Shown one piece after another: positions 45,642-54,079 of a stretch of 64,000 nt of DNA. This DNA is from Flammeovirgaceae bacterium (GTDB lineage Bacteria > Bacteroidota > Bacteroidia > Cytophagales > Cyclobacteriaceae). The position numbers were made by a program, and so were the translations under genes. Within the stretch, counting starts at the first letter, position 1. Each line of letters starts with the position of its first letter. Below the pieces are notes generated by a model. That model was not told the origin of the DNA. It did no database searches and worked only from the letters and a program-made list of their open reading frames with translations. The stretch spans positions 15,445 to 79,444 of the forward strand of contig JAJTGY010000013.1 of NCBI GenBank assembly GCA_021298015.1. Direction: 5' to 3'.

Positions 45642-46892
45642 ATGAAACCACTTTTTTGGATCGGGGCTGTGCTGGTGCTCGTGTCGTGCTCGTCTCGCGT
45701 TGAGGATGATGCCCGCTTGATCGAGCGCTTGATGGAAGCCCACCCGCAACAATTTGATCACATATTGAAAAATCAGGATTCCCTGGAGGTGCAGATCATC
45801 TACACCCAGATCGATCGCGATGATCAGAACCGGCCGAGCTTTCGCTCCTTTTATTTCAATGTCGATTCCGCCCGCTATTTTTATCCGGCCTCTACAATCA
45901 AATTGCCGATGGTCTTGCTGGCGCTGGAGAAAATCAACCGGCTTGGAATACCTGGCCTGACCGAGCACAGCATTATGCTGCACGACAGTGTGTATCGCGG
46001 TCAATGGCCGGCACATGCCGACACCACCTCGGCCAACGGTTTACCATCCATTGACCACTATGCGAAAAAGATTTTGGTGGTGAGTGATAATGACGCCTCC
46101 AACCGCTTGTATGAATTTGTCGGGCAACAGGCCGTGCATGAATCGTTAAATGGTCGAGGTTATACGTCACGCCTGCTCCACCGCTTAGAGCGCCCGTTGA
46201 CGCCCGATGAAAACCGACACACGGAGGCCGTGCGATTTCTGGATGCCCGGGGAAATGAGATCTACAAGCAACCGATGTTAGTAAACCCGGATTCGATTGA
46301 ACCGCTGATGCGGGCGAAAAAGGGCCGGGGTTTTATGCGCAACGGCCAGGTCGTACACCAGCCACTTGATTTTACCTACAAAAACTACTACCCCTTGGCC
46401 GTGCAGCAGCGGCTGCTCCGTGCGTTGATCTTTCCCTCGTCTGTGCCGGAAGCATCGCGCTTCAGGCTAAGCGACCATCAACGGCAAAAGGTCCTTCAGT
46501 ACATGTCACAGTTGCCGGACGAAACCGCTTTTCCTCCCTATTACCGCGACACTACACTGTACGATGCCTATTGCAAATTCCTGATGTATGGCGAAGAGCG
46601 CGCCCCGATTCCGGCCAACATTCGCATCTTTAATAAAGTAGGCGATGCCTACGGATACCTGATCGACAATGCCTACATCGTGGATTTTGACCAGGGTGTG
46701 GAGTTTCTGCTTTCAGCCATCATCTACTGCAACTCCGATGGTATTCTCAATGATGGCGCGTATGATTACGAAGAGGTCGGGTTCCCCTTTATGCGCGATC
46801 TGGGTCAGGTGGTGTATGAGTATGAGCGCAGCCGGCCCCGTATCCGCAAGCCGGCCTTGTCGGAATTCAGGCTGACCTACGATCGCCCCTGA
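45642..46892 (+). CDS. class A beta-lactamase-related serine hydrolase (lipoprotein)
   Basis: From MKPLFWIGAVLVLVSCSS. PASTIKLPM (SxxK) and VVSDNDASN (SDN) motifs are present. The start is trimmed to the ATG at 45642. Confidence 0.7.
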   Translation: MKPLFWIGAVLVLVSCSSRVEDDARLIERLMEAHPQQFDHILKNQDSLEVQIIYTQIDRDDQNRPSFRSFYFNVDSARYFYPASTIKLPMVLLALEKINRLGIPGLTEHSIMLHDSVYRGQWPAHADTTSANGLPSIDHYAKKILVVSDNDASNRLYEFVGQQAVHESLNGRGYTSRLLHRLERPLTPDENRHTEAVRFLDARGNEIYKQPMLVNPDSIEPLMRAKKGRGFMRNGQVVHQPLDFTYKNYYPLAVQQRLLRALIFPSSVPEASRFRLSDHQRQKVLQYMSQLPDETAFPPYYRDTTLYDAYCKFLMYGEERAPIPANIRIFNKVGDAYGYLIDNAYIVDFDQGVEFLLSAIIYCNSDGILNDGAYDYEEVGFPFMRDLGQVVYEYERSRPRIRKPALSEFRLTYDRP

Positions 46893-46947
46893 AAAGGTTT
46901 TTCAATGTCTTTTTTTTCTGCGATTTTTCGAGTCCAATTCTCATTTC

Positions 46948-48024
46948 ATGCAAAAGTCGAACGCCATTGTGATCACGGCAGGTTATCTGGATACCAGCAA
47001 CGGAAAGACGGCTCACGGGCTTATTCGGGGCACTGAGCGCTTCCATATTCTCGGTATCATCGATCCGAAACATCCCGGCCGCGATGCAGGTGAAGTATTG
47101 GATGGCCGAAAACGCGGCATCCCCGTCTTTGCTACCATGGCCGACTTTGCCGCAGCAGTAAAAGAGCCGGTGAAATATTGCATCCTCGGGGTGGCTACCA
47201 AAGGGGGTGTGATTCCCGACTCCCTTCAGGTGATGCTTAAAGAAGCACTTGAGCGTGGGTATAGCCTGGTCAACGGCTTACACGATTACATTTCTGATCA
47301 TCCCGAGCTGGCGAATCTTGCCAAAGAGAAGGGGCTGGAAATTATTGACGTGCGCAAGCCCAAGAAGTTTAAAGATCTTCATTTCTGGTCGGGCACGATC
47401 AAATATGTACACTGCCCTAAGATTGCCGTATTGGGTACCGATTGTGCGCTGGGCAAACGAACCACCACGCGATTTTTGATGGAAGCCATGCTTGAGGCGG
47501 GCTTCAAAGCGGAGATGATCTACACGGGCCAAACGGGGTGGATGCAGGGCGCGCGGTACGGATTCATTTTTGATTCCACGCTCAACGATTTTATCTCCGG
47601 TGAAATGGAGCACGCGATTGTGAAATGCTGGGAAGAAGCCAAGCCGGATATCATTTTTATCGAAGGCCAGAGTTCACTCCGCAACCCGAGCGGCCCGGCC
47701 GGCTCCGAGTGGATTGTGTCGGCTGCAGCGGATGCCGTGGTGTTGCAGCATCACCCGGCCCGCAAGCAATACAAAGACCTTGAATTCTACCCCGCGTACA
47801 TAGCCGATCTCAAAGATGAAATTGCGCTGATTCAGATTTACGGTGCCCCCACCGTGGCCATCACCGTAAATACGGCCAAGATGCATGAGGCGGACGCGCG
47901 TCCTTATGCGGCACAAAAGGAAAAAGATTTGGGCATACCCGTTGTTCTGCCGTTGGAAGACAGCGTGAGCCGGCTCGTCCCGATCTTTAGAAAGATGATC
48001 GAAGAGTCGATCGCACAGGTATAA
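46948..48024 (+). CDS. DUF1611-family protein (possibly a DgcN-like D-glutamate N-acetyltransferase)
   Basis: 358 aa. The N-terminus AIVITAGYLDTSNGKTAHGLIRGTERF.ILGIID, a P-loop-like VLGTDCALGKRTT and pairing with an enolase-superfamily epimerase are typical of DUF1611. Confidence 0.65.
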   Translation: MQKSNAIVITAGYLDTSNGKTAHGLIRGTERFHILGIIDPKHPGRDAGEVLDGRKRGIPVFATMADFAAAVKEPVKYCILGVATKGGVIPDSLQVMLKEALERGYSLVNGLHDYISDHPELANLAKEKGLEIIDVRKPKKFKDLHFWSGTIKYVHCPKIAVLGTDCALGKRTTTRFLMEAMLEAGFKAEMIYTGQTGWMQGARYGFIFDSTLNDFISGEMEHAIVKCWEEAKPDIIFIEGQSSLRNPSGPAGSEWIVSAAADAVVLQHHPARKQYKDLEFYPAYIADLKDEIALIQIYGAPTVAITVNTAKMHEADARPYAAQKEKDLGIPVVLPLEDSVSRLVPIFRKMIEESIAQV

Positions 48025-48036
48025 ACAAAGCCAAAC

Positions 48037-49098
48037 ATGAAAATCAAAAACATCAAAACCTGGTCAGTTGATTTGGGTAACACCAAGCCGTACACCATCG
48101 CGTTCAAAACGGTAGATGAAGTGAAAAATGCCTTCGTACAGATCACGCTCGAGAATGGCACTACGGGCATTGGCGCGGGCAACCCAAGCGAGTATGTAAC
48201 AGGCGAGAGTTTCGAACAATGTGAAAAGGCATTACACGAAAATAACCTCGACTTCCTGGTGGGTCGGGATATTCGCGAGCTAAATCAGCTCTTGTACGAA
48301 GTTCTCGTGCGCTTTCCGAAAAACCCGGCTGCGCGAGCGGCACTCGACATCGCCCTGCACGATGTGTTTACCAAACACCTCAATATTCCATTGGTCAAGT
48401 TCCTCGGGCAGAAGATCACGTCCATGCCCACGTCCAACACGATTGGAATCAAAAACGTAGAGGACACACTTAAAGAAGCCCAGGAGTATGGCGACCGCGG
48501 CTTTACGGTGCTGAAAGTAAAGTTGGGCAAGGACCTCGAGGAAGATGTGGAGCGCCTGGTGAAGTTGCGCGAGAAATTCGGCAAGCGGTTTACCATCCGC
48601 ATCGATGCCAATCAGGGCTACACGGTGGAGCAGACCATTGCCTTTGCGAAACGCACGGCCCAACTGGACGTAGAATTGATTGAGCAACCGCTGCCGGCCA
48701 AACAAGATTTGCGTGCTCTGCCGGAGGCGATCCGAAAGAAAGTGGCTGCGGATGAAGCGCTGCTGTCGCCCGCAGACGGTTTATCCCTTTCCACGGCACC
48801 GGTCGCAGCCGGTATTTTTAACATCAAGCTGATGAAGTGTGGGGGTGTGCGCGAAGCCCTGCGCATTGCCGATATTGCCGCGCTGCAGAACATCGAATTG
48901 TTCTGGGGCTGTAACGATGAAAGTATCGTGAGTATCACGGCAGCCCTTCATGCGGCCTTCTCCTGCGCCCACACTAAATACATTGATCTCGATGGCAGCC
49001 TCGACCTTGCCCGCGATGTGGTGAGGGGTGGGTTTGTTTTAAAAGACGGTGTGATGTACTGCTCCGATAAGCCGGGGTTGGGGGTGGAGCCACTTTGA
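48037..49098 (+). CDS. enolase-superfamily dipeptide epimerase / N-acyl amino acid racemase
   Basis: 353 aa with a capping domain and a TIM barrel. The barrel shows KVKLG, IRIDANQGY, IEQPL and KLMKCGG, the MR/MLE subgroup metal and lysine motifs. Confidence 0.85.
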   Translation: MKIKNIKTWSVDLGNTKPYTIAFKTVDEVKNAFVQITLENGTTGIGAGNPSEYVTGESFEQCEKALHENNLDFLVGRDIRELNQLLYEVLVRFPKNPAARAALDIALHDVFTKHLNIPLVKFLGQKITSMPTSNTIGIKNVEDTLKEAQEYGDRGFTVLKVKLGKDLEEDVERLVKLREKFGKRFTIRIDANQGYTVEQTIAFAKRTAQLDVELIEQPLPAKQDLRALPEAIRKKVAADEALLSPADGLSLSTAPVAAGIFNIKLMKCGGVREALRIADIAALQNIELFWGCNDESIVSITAALHAAFSCAHTKYIDLDGSLDLARDVVRGGFVLKDGVMYCSDKPGLGVEPL

Positions 49099-49108
49099 GG
49101 TAAAAAAT

Positions 49109-49127
49109 GGTACGCTCGTACCTTTTT
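49109..49127 (+). terminator. weak terminator-like hairpin after the epimerase gene
   Basis: AAAAAAT-GGTAC-GCTC-GTACC-TTTTT. The stem is short (5-6 bp), so confidence is low. It contains the ATG that the ORF track used as the start of the next ORF. Confidence 0.35.
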
Positions 49128-49197
49128 CCGATTACATGTTCAGGTTCACTGGGTGAAAAAGCCGAGGTTGGTTTGCTTATAATAACATCAGACCCAT

Positions 49198-50579
49198 ATG
49201 AAAAAATTATTCTCTTTCGCCCTAATTGCAGTTTTTGTCATTTCCTGCCTTCCGGACAGGTAGAGGTCAAAAAAGAGCGACTGCCGAAAATTGCCTATAC
49301 GTCACTTGCGCAAGAGCCAAAGTTAGCTGAGGCTATCGGATTGCTTGGTCTTAGCAGTAAACCGGGCAAGTTTGGGAGATTAATGTCTGAACTCAGCCAG
49401 TTAAGGACGGACTCGATTTTGAAAGTGTTGCAGGGAGATAGTCTGAATTACACCTATACTTTTTCCCTCCCTGGAGATCGTGAGGGTTCATTTAAGAACC
49501 TTGTTTTGAGCAAGATTAACGGAGGTTACCTTGGTTTTGTGCTCGAATTTCAGGCGGAAAATACTTTCTTGGACATGCAATCTTATGAGGGCAAGGTTGT
49601 TAAATATGACTTAGAGGGGAATGAGATCTTCCAAGCTTCGGTCAAGTCTAGTAAGGGTATAAGCGGAGGGCGAACAAACGAAACTTGCCTAGCTTCGGTC
49701 TCGTCAGTTTGTTTGGAATACTTCCAGCCAAACCACCTCTATCGGCAGGAGTGTATGGAATGGGAAACAACTATCACAATCACCTGCTTCGGAAATGCCA
49801 ATGGAGGTGGAGGAGGCACAGAACTTCCGGGTACCTACATTCCAGTCTCTGATTCCGGTTCCGGAGAAACCTGGGGCGGTGGTTCTGGCACGGGAGGTTC
49901 CGGGAGCGGAACTTCAACCGGAGGAAGTGATGGTGGACGGTATGGATACGATGACAGTGATCCGATAGGGGTTAGAGAACCCGCTACTTGGCCTGGCGCT
50001 GAAGAGGGTTTCCCATATCGGTGGTGGTTAGATGATGAATGGCTGGACGACAACTTTGTGTTAGGATTGGATCAAAACAGATATCCCAGTCTGACAGAGG
50101 CGGAAAAACAACTTGTGAGAAAGTATCCAGGCCAGGCTGCGATGATTTACAGGAATCGTGAAAAGGCCTTCTCGGAGACTGACAGATTATTCCCGGGAGA
50201 GCCCGCTTTAAATGACAAAGCAGATGCCTTCCGGCACGCGTTTTTTAATGCAATCAACGAGCGCGACTGCGGAAAAGACCCGGTATCTAGAGAGAGTATT
50301 GCAAAACTATTTTCTGATGCACATGAATCAGAGGTACCGGTTGAGTTACAATTGGAGAAGGAAATGGACTTGTGGAATAATACTGTTGGGCAGAGCATTG
50401 GAGATGTATTTTTTCCAATCATTGCCTCTGACCAAGCTATGGTCAGCGAAGTGTTGTCAAAACTTGTTTCTGGGGCGCTGCGATATCTTACACCATTAGA
50501 TTTTGTTTCGTCACCGCGATGGCCCTCCGGCCTCAATGGAATTACCTTTGATACAAGATTGACCCCTACCGATCGATAG
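49198..50579 (+). pseudogene. frameshifted (or mis-sequenced) lipoprotein with a Gly/Ser-rich linker and a C-terminal DAFRH...HE...MDLWNN domain
   Basis: The ATG at 49198 encodes a canonical lipoprotein signal, MKKLFSFALIAVFVISCLPDR, and then hits TAG at 49261. The 490-aa ORF continues in the -1 frame from this point (QVEVKKERLPK...). Confidence 0.6.
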
Positions 50580-50584
50580 AAATT

Positions 50585-50917
50585 ATGAAGAAGATTGCCC
50601 TTCTAATCTCCAGTCTATGCTTTTTAATATCTGCATTGACTTCATGTTTACCGGATCGCGATAAGATTACAATCAATGGAGCCATGCCAGATAGCTGCAT
50701 TGTGTTGAGGCTCACTGACCATCGGGCTTCTACGTTTCTTTTGATTGTTGAAAAAAATACACTGAATGACACAGCAAAAATAAACTCCATCCCCATTCTG
50801 CCAGGTTACACGGGGACGTTATTCAGAGGTGGCGATTTCTTCGGAGATAGTATTTCATTGTGTTACCAAGGGCAGCGGGTCTCGGGTGGTGAGTTGGTTT
50901 TGAGCTATGACTATTAA
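50585..50917 (+). CDS. small lipoprotein (110 aa)
   Basis: MKKIALLISSLCFLISALTSCLPDRDK has lipobox LTSC. The CLPDR after the lipid Cys is identical to the upstream gene's signal region. The gene starts 5 nt after the upstream stop. Confidence 0.65.
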   Translation: MKKIALLISSLCFLISALTSCLPDRDKITINGAMPDSCIVLRLTDHRASTFLLIVEKNTLNDTAKINSIPILPGYTGTLFRGGDFFGDSISLCYQGQRVSGGELVLSYDY

Positions 50918-51103
50918 GTTTGGCTTTTTTCGAAGGTACTTTTTGATGTTTGTGTCTGTGAAAGACTCTCTTCTAAATCGTGGAGCATTTGCATATCATT
51001 CGCCTTTCGTCTATTTTCGAGAAGAATGTTTTCTCGAAATTGAAACTGGGTTAATACACCGCGAGCTAGTTCAATAGCTTTTTTTGTAATCACAGTAGCG
51101 CCA

Positions 51104-51925
51104 ATGAAACTATTCTTCGTTTTAACGAGTTTTTTTCTGAGCTTTTCTTGCTTAGCGTGGGGCCAATCAAACTGGTTAAATGATTTTGAATTTGGCCTTT
51201 CGGTTGCACAAAAATCTGGGCGGTTCGCTCTGGTTGATTTCTGGGCTACCTGGTGTGGTCCGTGCAAAGCTATGGACAGGGAGGTTTGGAATACACCCGA
51301 AGCCGCAGCCTTTAGTCAACACTTCGTTCCCATAAAAATTGACGTTGATCAGGAGCGAGGCTTGGCCACAACCTACGGAGTGCAGGCGATTCCACTGGTC
51401 TTGATTATGGATTACACGGGGAAAGTCTTGTACTCCGAGCGCGGGTATAGCGGCCGCCAAACACTATTGAAGATACTTGAAAGCATCCCTGCGGATGTTT
51501 CGGAGTACTACAGCAAACTTGCTCTCATTGAAAAAGAATCACCCCCTGAACAACTGCGGGATGTAGGGTTGGCCTTACAAATGATTTCTGCACGAACCAC
51601 CTCCGGACAGCTTCGAAACTCGTTGTTAAATCAAGGGGACGTGTATTTAAAGAAGGCTCGAAAATCCGCTGAAACAGATGAGTTTGAAACCGAGATAGCG
51701 CTGTGGCTTATCCTCAGTGATGTTCATCGCAACCGGGCAAGCAAGGTGGTAAAAGAGATTGCAGAAATTTCTGCGAAGGGTTTAACACCCAGGAACGAGG
51801 CCATTTCCTATTGGGTATTATCGGAAGCCTATCGCAGTCTAAAAGATGACGAAAACCACACCAAGTATGCCCGCCTGCTTAGTGAACATCCCTCCGCAGC
51901 GGAGTTGCCACGAACCAATCCTTAA
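51104..51925 (+). CDS. exported thioredoxin-fold protein with a helical C-terminal domain
   Basis: 273 aa with a signal peptide. The thioredoxin active site is VDFWATWCGPCKAMD (WCGPC). Confidence 0.85.
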   Translation: MKLFFVLTSFFLSFSCLAWGQSNWLNDFEFGLSVAQKSGRFALVDFWATWCGPCKAMDREVWNTPEAAAFSQHFVPIKIDVDQERGLATTYGVQAIPLVLIMDYTGKVLYSERGYSGRQTLLKILESIPADVSEYYSKLALIEKESPPEQLRDVGLALQMISARTTSGQLRNSLLNQGDVYLKKARKSAETDEFETEIALWLILSDVHRNRASKVVKEIAEISAKGLTPRNEAISYWVLSEAYRSLKDDENHTKYARLLSEHPSAAELPRTNP

Positions 51926-52905
51926 TTGATATTCGGTATTGGTTTGGCGCTTTTTGTTAAGCCGTCTAGTAGTTTGGTCAGGCTTTCATAAGCAGTAGTT
52001 CCATCGACAACCCAATCGGCAGTTTGAATTTTCACCGTCAAGCAATCTGGATCATCAGTAACCTCAAACCCCATGCGCTCCAGCGCATTTTTTGTCCACA
52101 AGAAGCGATAGCCTTCGCCTATGAGTCGGATTTTTTCCTGCCGAAAAGGCTGGTGTTTCACCTTTCCGGTTTTTAAATCAAAACCCTTCAGTTGAAAAAC
52201 ATCATCAAACGAACCGTCCAACACCAAATCTTCCGGAATGCCGCTGCGAATGGATTTGTCCGGTGTGGCCAGCCAGATTTCATCGGCCGTCTGCAACGCT
52301 AAGTCCAGCTCGTGGGTAGCTACCAAAATCCCTTTGCCCGTGGTGCGCGCCAGGTGACGCAACAGATTCATAACCTCAACCCGGTTATTGAGATCAAGGT
52401 GAGCCGTGGGCTCGTCCAAAATCAGCAGCGGAGTTTGTTGCGCCAGGGCGCGGGCAATCATCACCATTTGCAGCTGGCCATCGCTTAGTTCATTTACCTG
52501 TTGATGCTGTAGATTTTGCAATTGAACAAGTTCAATGCTCTCATCCACGATGCGGTCATCGGATGCACTCAAATGCGTGTGCCAGGCCAGGTGCGGGTAG
52601 CGGCCAAGGCTTACCATGTCGCGCACCGTCATGTTATACGTTTGAACCCGATCGGTGAGTACTACAGCCACTGATTTGCCGGCCTCCACGCGGGGTAGAT
52701 TAACCCCCCCGCGCAAAAGGGGCTGTAACCCGGCCAGGGTTCGCAGGAGGGTTGATTTGCCAATGCCGTTCGGCCCCATGAAGCAAACCAGCGAGTGGGC
52801 CCGAAGTTCCAGGCTCAGGTTGGTAAGCACCACTTTTTCATGCCGGCCTTGCCGGTACCCGACATCTGCGTGTGCTGTGCTCAAGATCGTTTCGCCTGAA
52901 ATCAC
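51922..52905 (-). CDS. ABC transporter ATP-binding protein (FecE/BtuD class) with a C-terminal extension
   Basis: Walker A GPNGIGKSTLLRTLAG, signature LSDGQLQ and Walker B LLILDEPTAHLD. I propose a GTG start at 52905 overlapping the permease stop (GTGA). The ORF-track start at 53196 would overlap the permease by about 290 nt. Roughly 70-80 extra residues follow the ABC core. Confidence 0.8.
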   Translation of the reverse strand: MISGETILSTAHADVGYRQGRHEKVVLTNLSLELRAHSLVCFMGPNGIGKSTLLRTLAGLQPLLRGGVNLPRVEAGKSVAVVLTDRVQTYNMTVRDMVSLGRYPHLAWHTHLSASDDRIVDESIELVQLQNLQHQQVNELSDGQLQMVMIARALAQQTPLLILDEPTAHLDLNNRVEVMNLLRHLARTTGKGILVATHELDLALQTADEIWLATPDKSIRSGIPEDLVLDGSFDDVFQLKGFDLKTGKVKHQPFRQEKIRLIGEGYRFLWTKNALERMGFEVTDDPDCLTVKIQTADWVVDGTTAYESLTKLLDGLTKSAKPIPNIN

Positions 52906-53906
52906 CACCGCACGTTTTTGGTTTTCATCACTACCATAATCACCACAGGTGCGCCCAACAAAGCTGTAATCGCATTGAGCGGAAGATACTGACTGCCGCC
53001 CGGCAATTGAACCAGTATGTCGCATACCAACAGCAAGGTTGCGCCACCGAGCATAACGCCCGGAATAAGCCAGCCATGATGGGCACTGGGCAGGACCAGT
53101 CGCACCAGGTGCGGCACGGCAATGCCGACAAACGCTATGGGCCCGCAAAACGCGGTGACCGCACCGGTGAGCAAGCTGGCACCAGCCACCAGCCAAAGCC
53201 GCGAAGATTTCACCCGAATGCCGAGGCTACCCACATAACTCTCACCCAGTAACCAAACATTGAGTGCTTTGAGTTGGCTTAATATAATGAGCAACGCGAG
53301 TAGTATCACCGTCATCATAACACCCAGCTCGCGCGGGTTTGTGTTTCCCACGGATCCCATCGTCCAAATCACAAAGGACTGCAGTTGCTCCGCCTGACTG
53401 ATGAATTGTAAAACACTGACGATGGACGAGGTAATGGCGGCAACCATCAGGCCTAAAATCAATAAACCCACCGGGTCGGTCATTTTTCTTGAAAATAGAA
53501 CCATCAGCAGGAAGACGGAAAGGCTGCCCACACTGGCGGTGGCGGCAAGCCCCCATGCCAGCCCAATTTCTCCGATCTGGATGCCCGCCATCACCGCCAG
53601 GGCAACGGCCAGTCCAGCGCCTGCGCTTAGTCCGAGTACATCTGGCCCGGCCAGCGGGTTACGAAAAAGCGTTTGCATCACCAGCCCGGCCAGGGCTAGT
53701 CCGCTGCCGGCCACGGCCGCGGTTGCCGCCTTCGGAATTCGGAAATGCCACAAAATATCCGCTGCCGGGGAGGGTTCATTCGGGTGTGTAAGCGCTTGCC
53801 AAAGGTCTGCCAGGGGCACGGCAACCGAGCCAAGGAGTACGTCCAGCAGCAGACCGGCCATCAGCAAAATGGCCAAAATGAGTAGCGCCTGCGCCTTTCG
53901 ATTCAT
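52902..53906 (-). CDS. FecCD/BtuC-family ABC permease (iron-chelate or cobalamin)
   Basis: About 334 aa from MNRKAQALLILAILL. It is multi-TM and has GAGLAVALAV and the LLTGAVTAFCGPIAFVGIAVPHL conserved FecCD loop. Confidence 0.85.
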   Translation of the reverse strand: MNRKAQALLILAILLMAGLLLDVLLGSVAVPLADLWQALTHPNEPSPAADILWHFRIPKAATAAVAGSGLALAGLVMQTLFRNPLAGPDVLGLSAGAGLAVALAVMAGIQIGEIGLAWGLAATASVGSLSVFLLMVLFSRKMTDPVGLLILGLMVAAITSSIVSVLQFISQAEQLQSFVIWTMGSVGNTNPRELGVMMTVILLALLIILSQLKALNVWLLGESYVGSLGIRVKSSRLWLVAGASLLTGAVTAFCGPIAFVGIAVPHLVRLVLPSAHHGWLIPGVMLGGATLLLVCDILVQLPGGSQYLPLNAITALLGAPVVIMVVMKTKNVRW

Positions 53907-54009
53907 GGGCGAAAAGTAGGTAAATAAGCCTGAAATCGCGTTTTCGGTGGGCGGAGGGGTGGTATCCATAAAATTCCAAACCCCGTCTTGTTATCTCGGC
54001 ATTAGCTTC

Positions 54010-54017
54010 TATCTTTG
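54010..54017 (+). promoter_or_regulatory. -7 promoter box (TATCTTTG) of the rplC-led ribosomal protein operon
   Basis: Matches TAnnTTTG, with a TTG 19 nt upstream (53988-53990). It is followed by an 8-bp leader hairpin, TTTGCGGG-CATAC-CCCGCAAA (54026-54046). Confidence 0.5.
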
Positions 54018-54079
54018 CAGTCCTTTTTGCGGGCATACCCCGCAAATCGGGTTAAAAAACAAGTAAAAAGGTTTCAACC

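Noticed and set aside
49107-49197. The ATG at 49107 might be the true start of the 490-aa ORF.
   Set aside because: The ATG lies inside the terminator-like hairpin 9 nt after the epimerase stop. The encoded N-terminus (MVRSYLFPITCSGSLGEKAEV...) has no signal character. A perfect lipoprotein signal exists in another frame at 49198.
50914-51267. A 117-aa minus-strand ORF lies between the small lipoprotein and the thioredoxin gene. Its C-terminal part (KKAIELARGVLTQFQF...DMQMLHDLEESL) faintly recalls four-helix-bundle ('23S rRNA intervening sequence') proteins.
   Set aside because: Its N-terminal half overlaps the thioredoxin gene start. The resemblance is too weak to support without a search, and there is no good start codon for the non-overlapping part.
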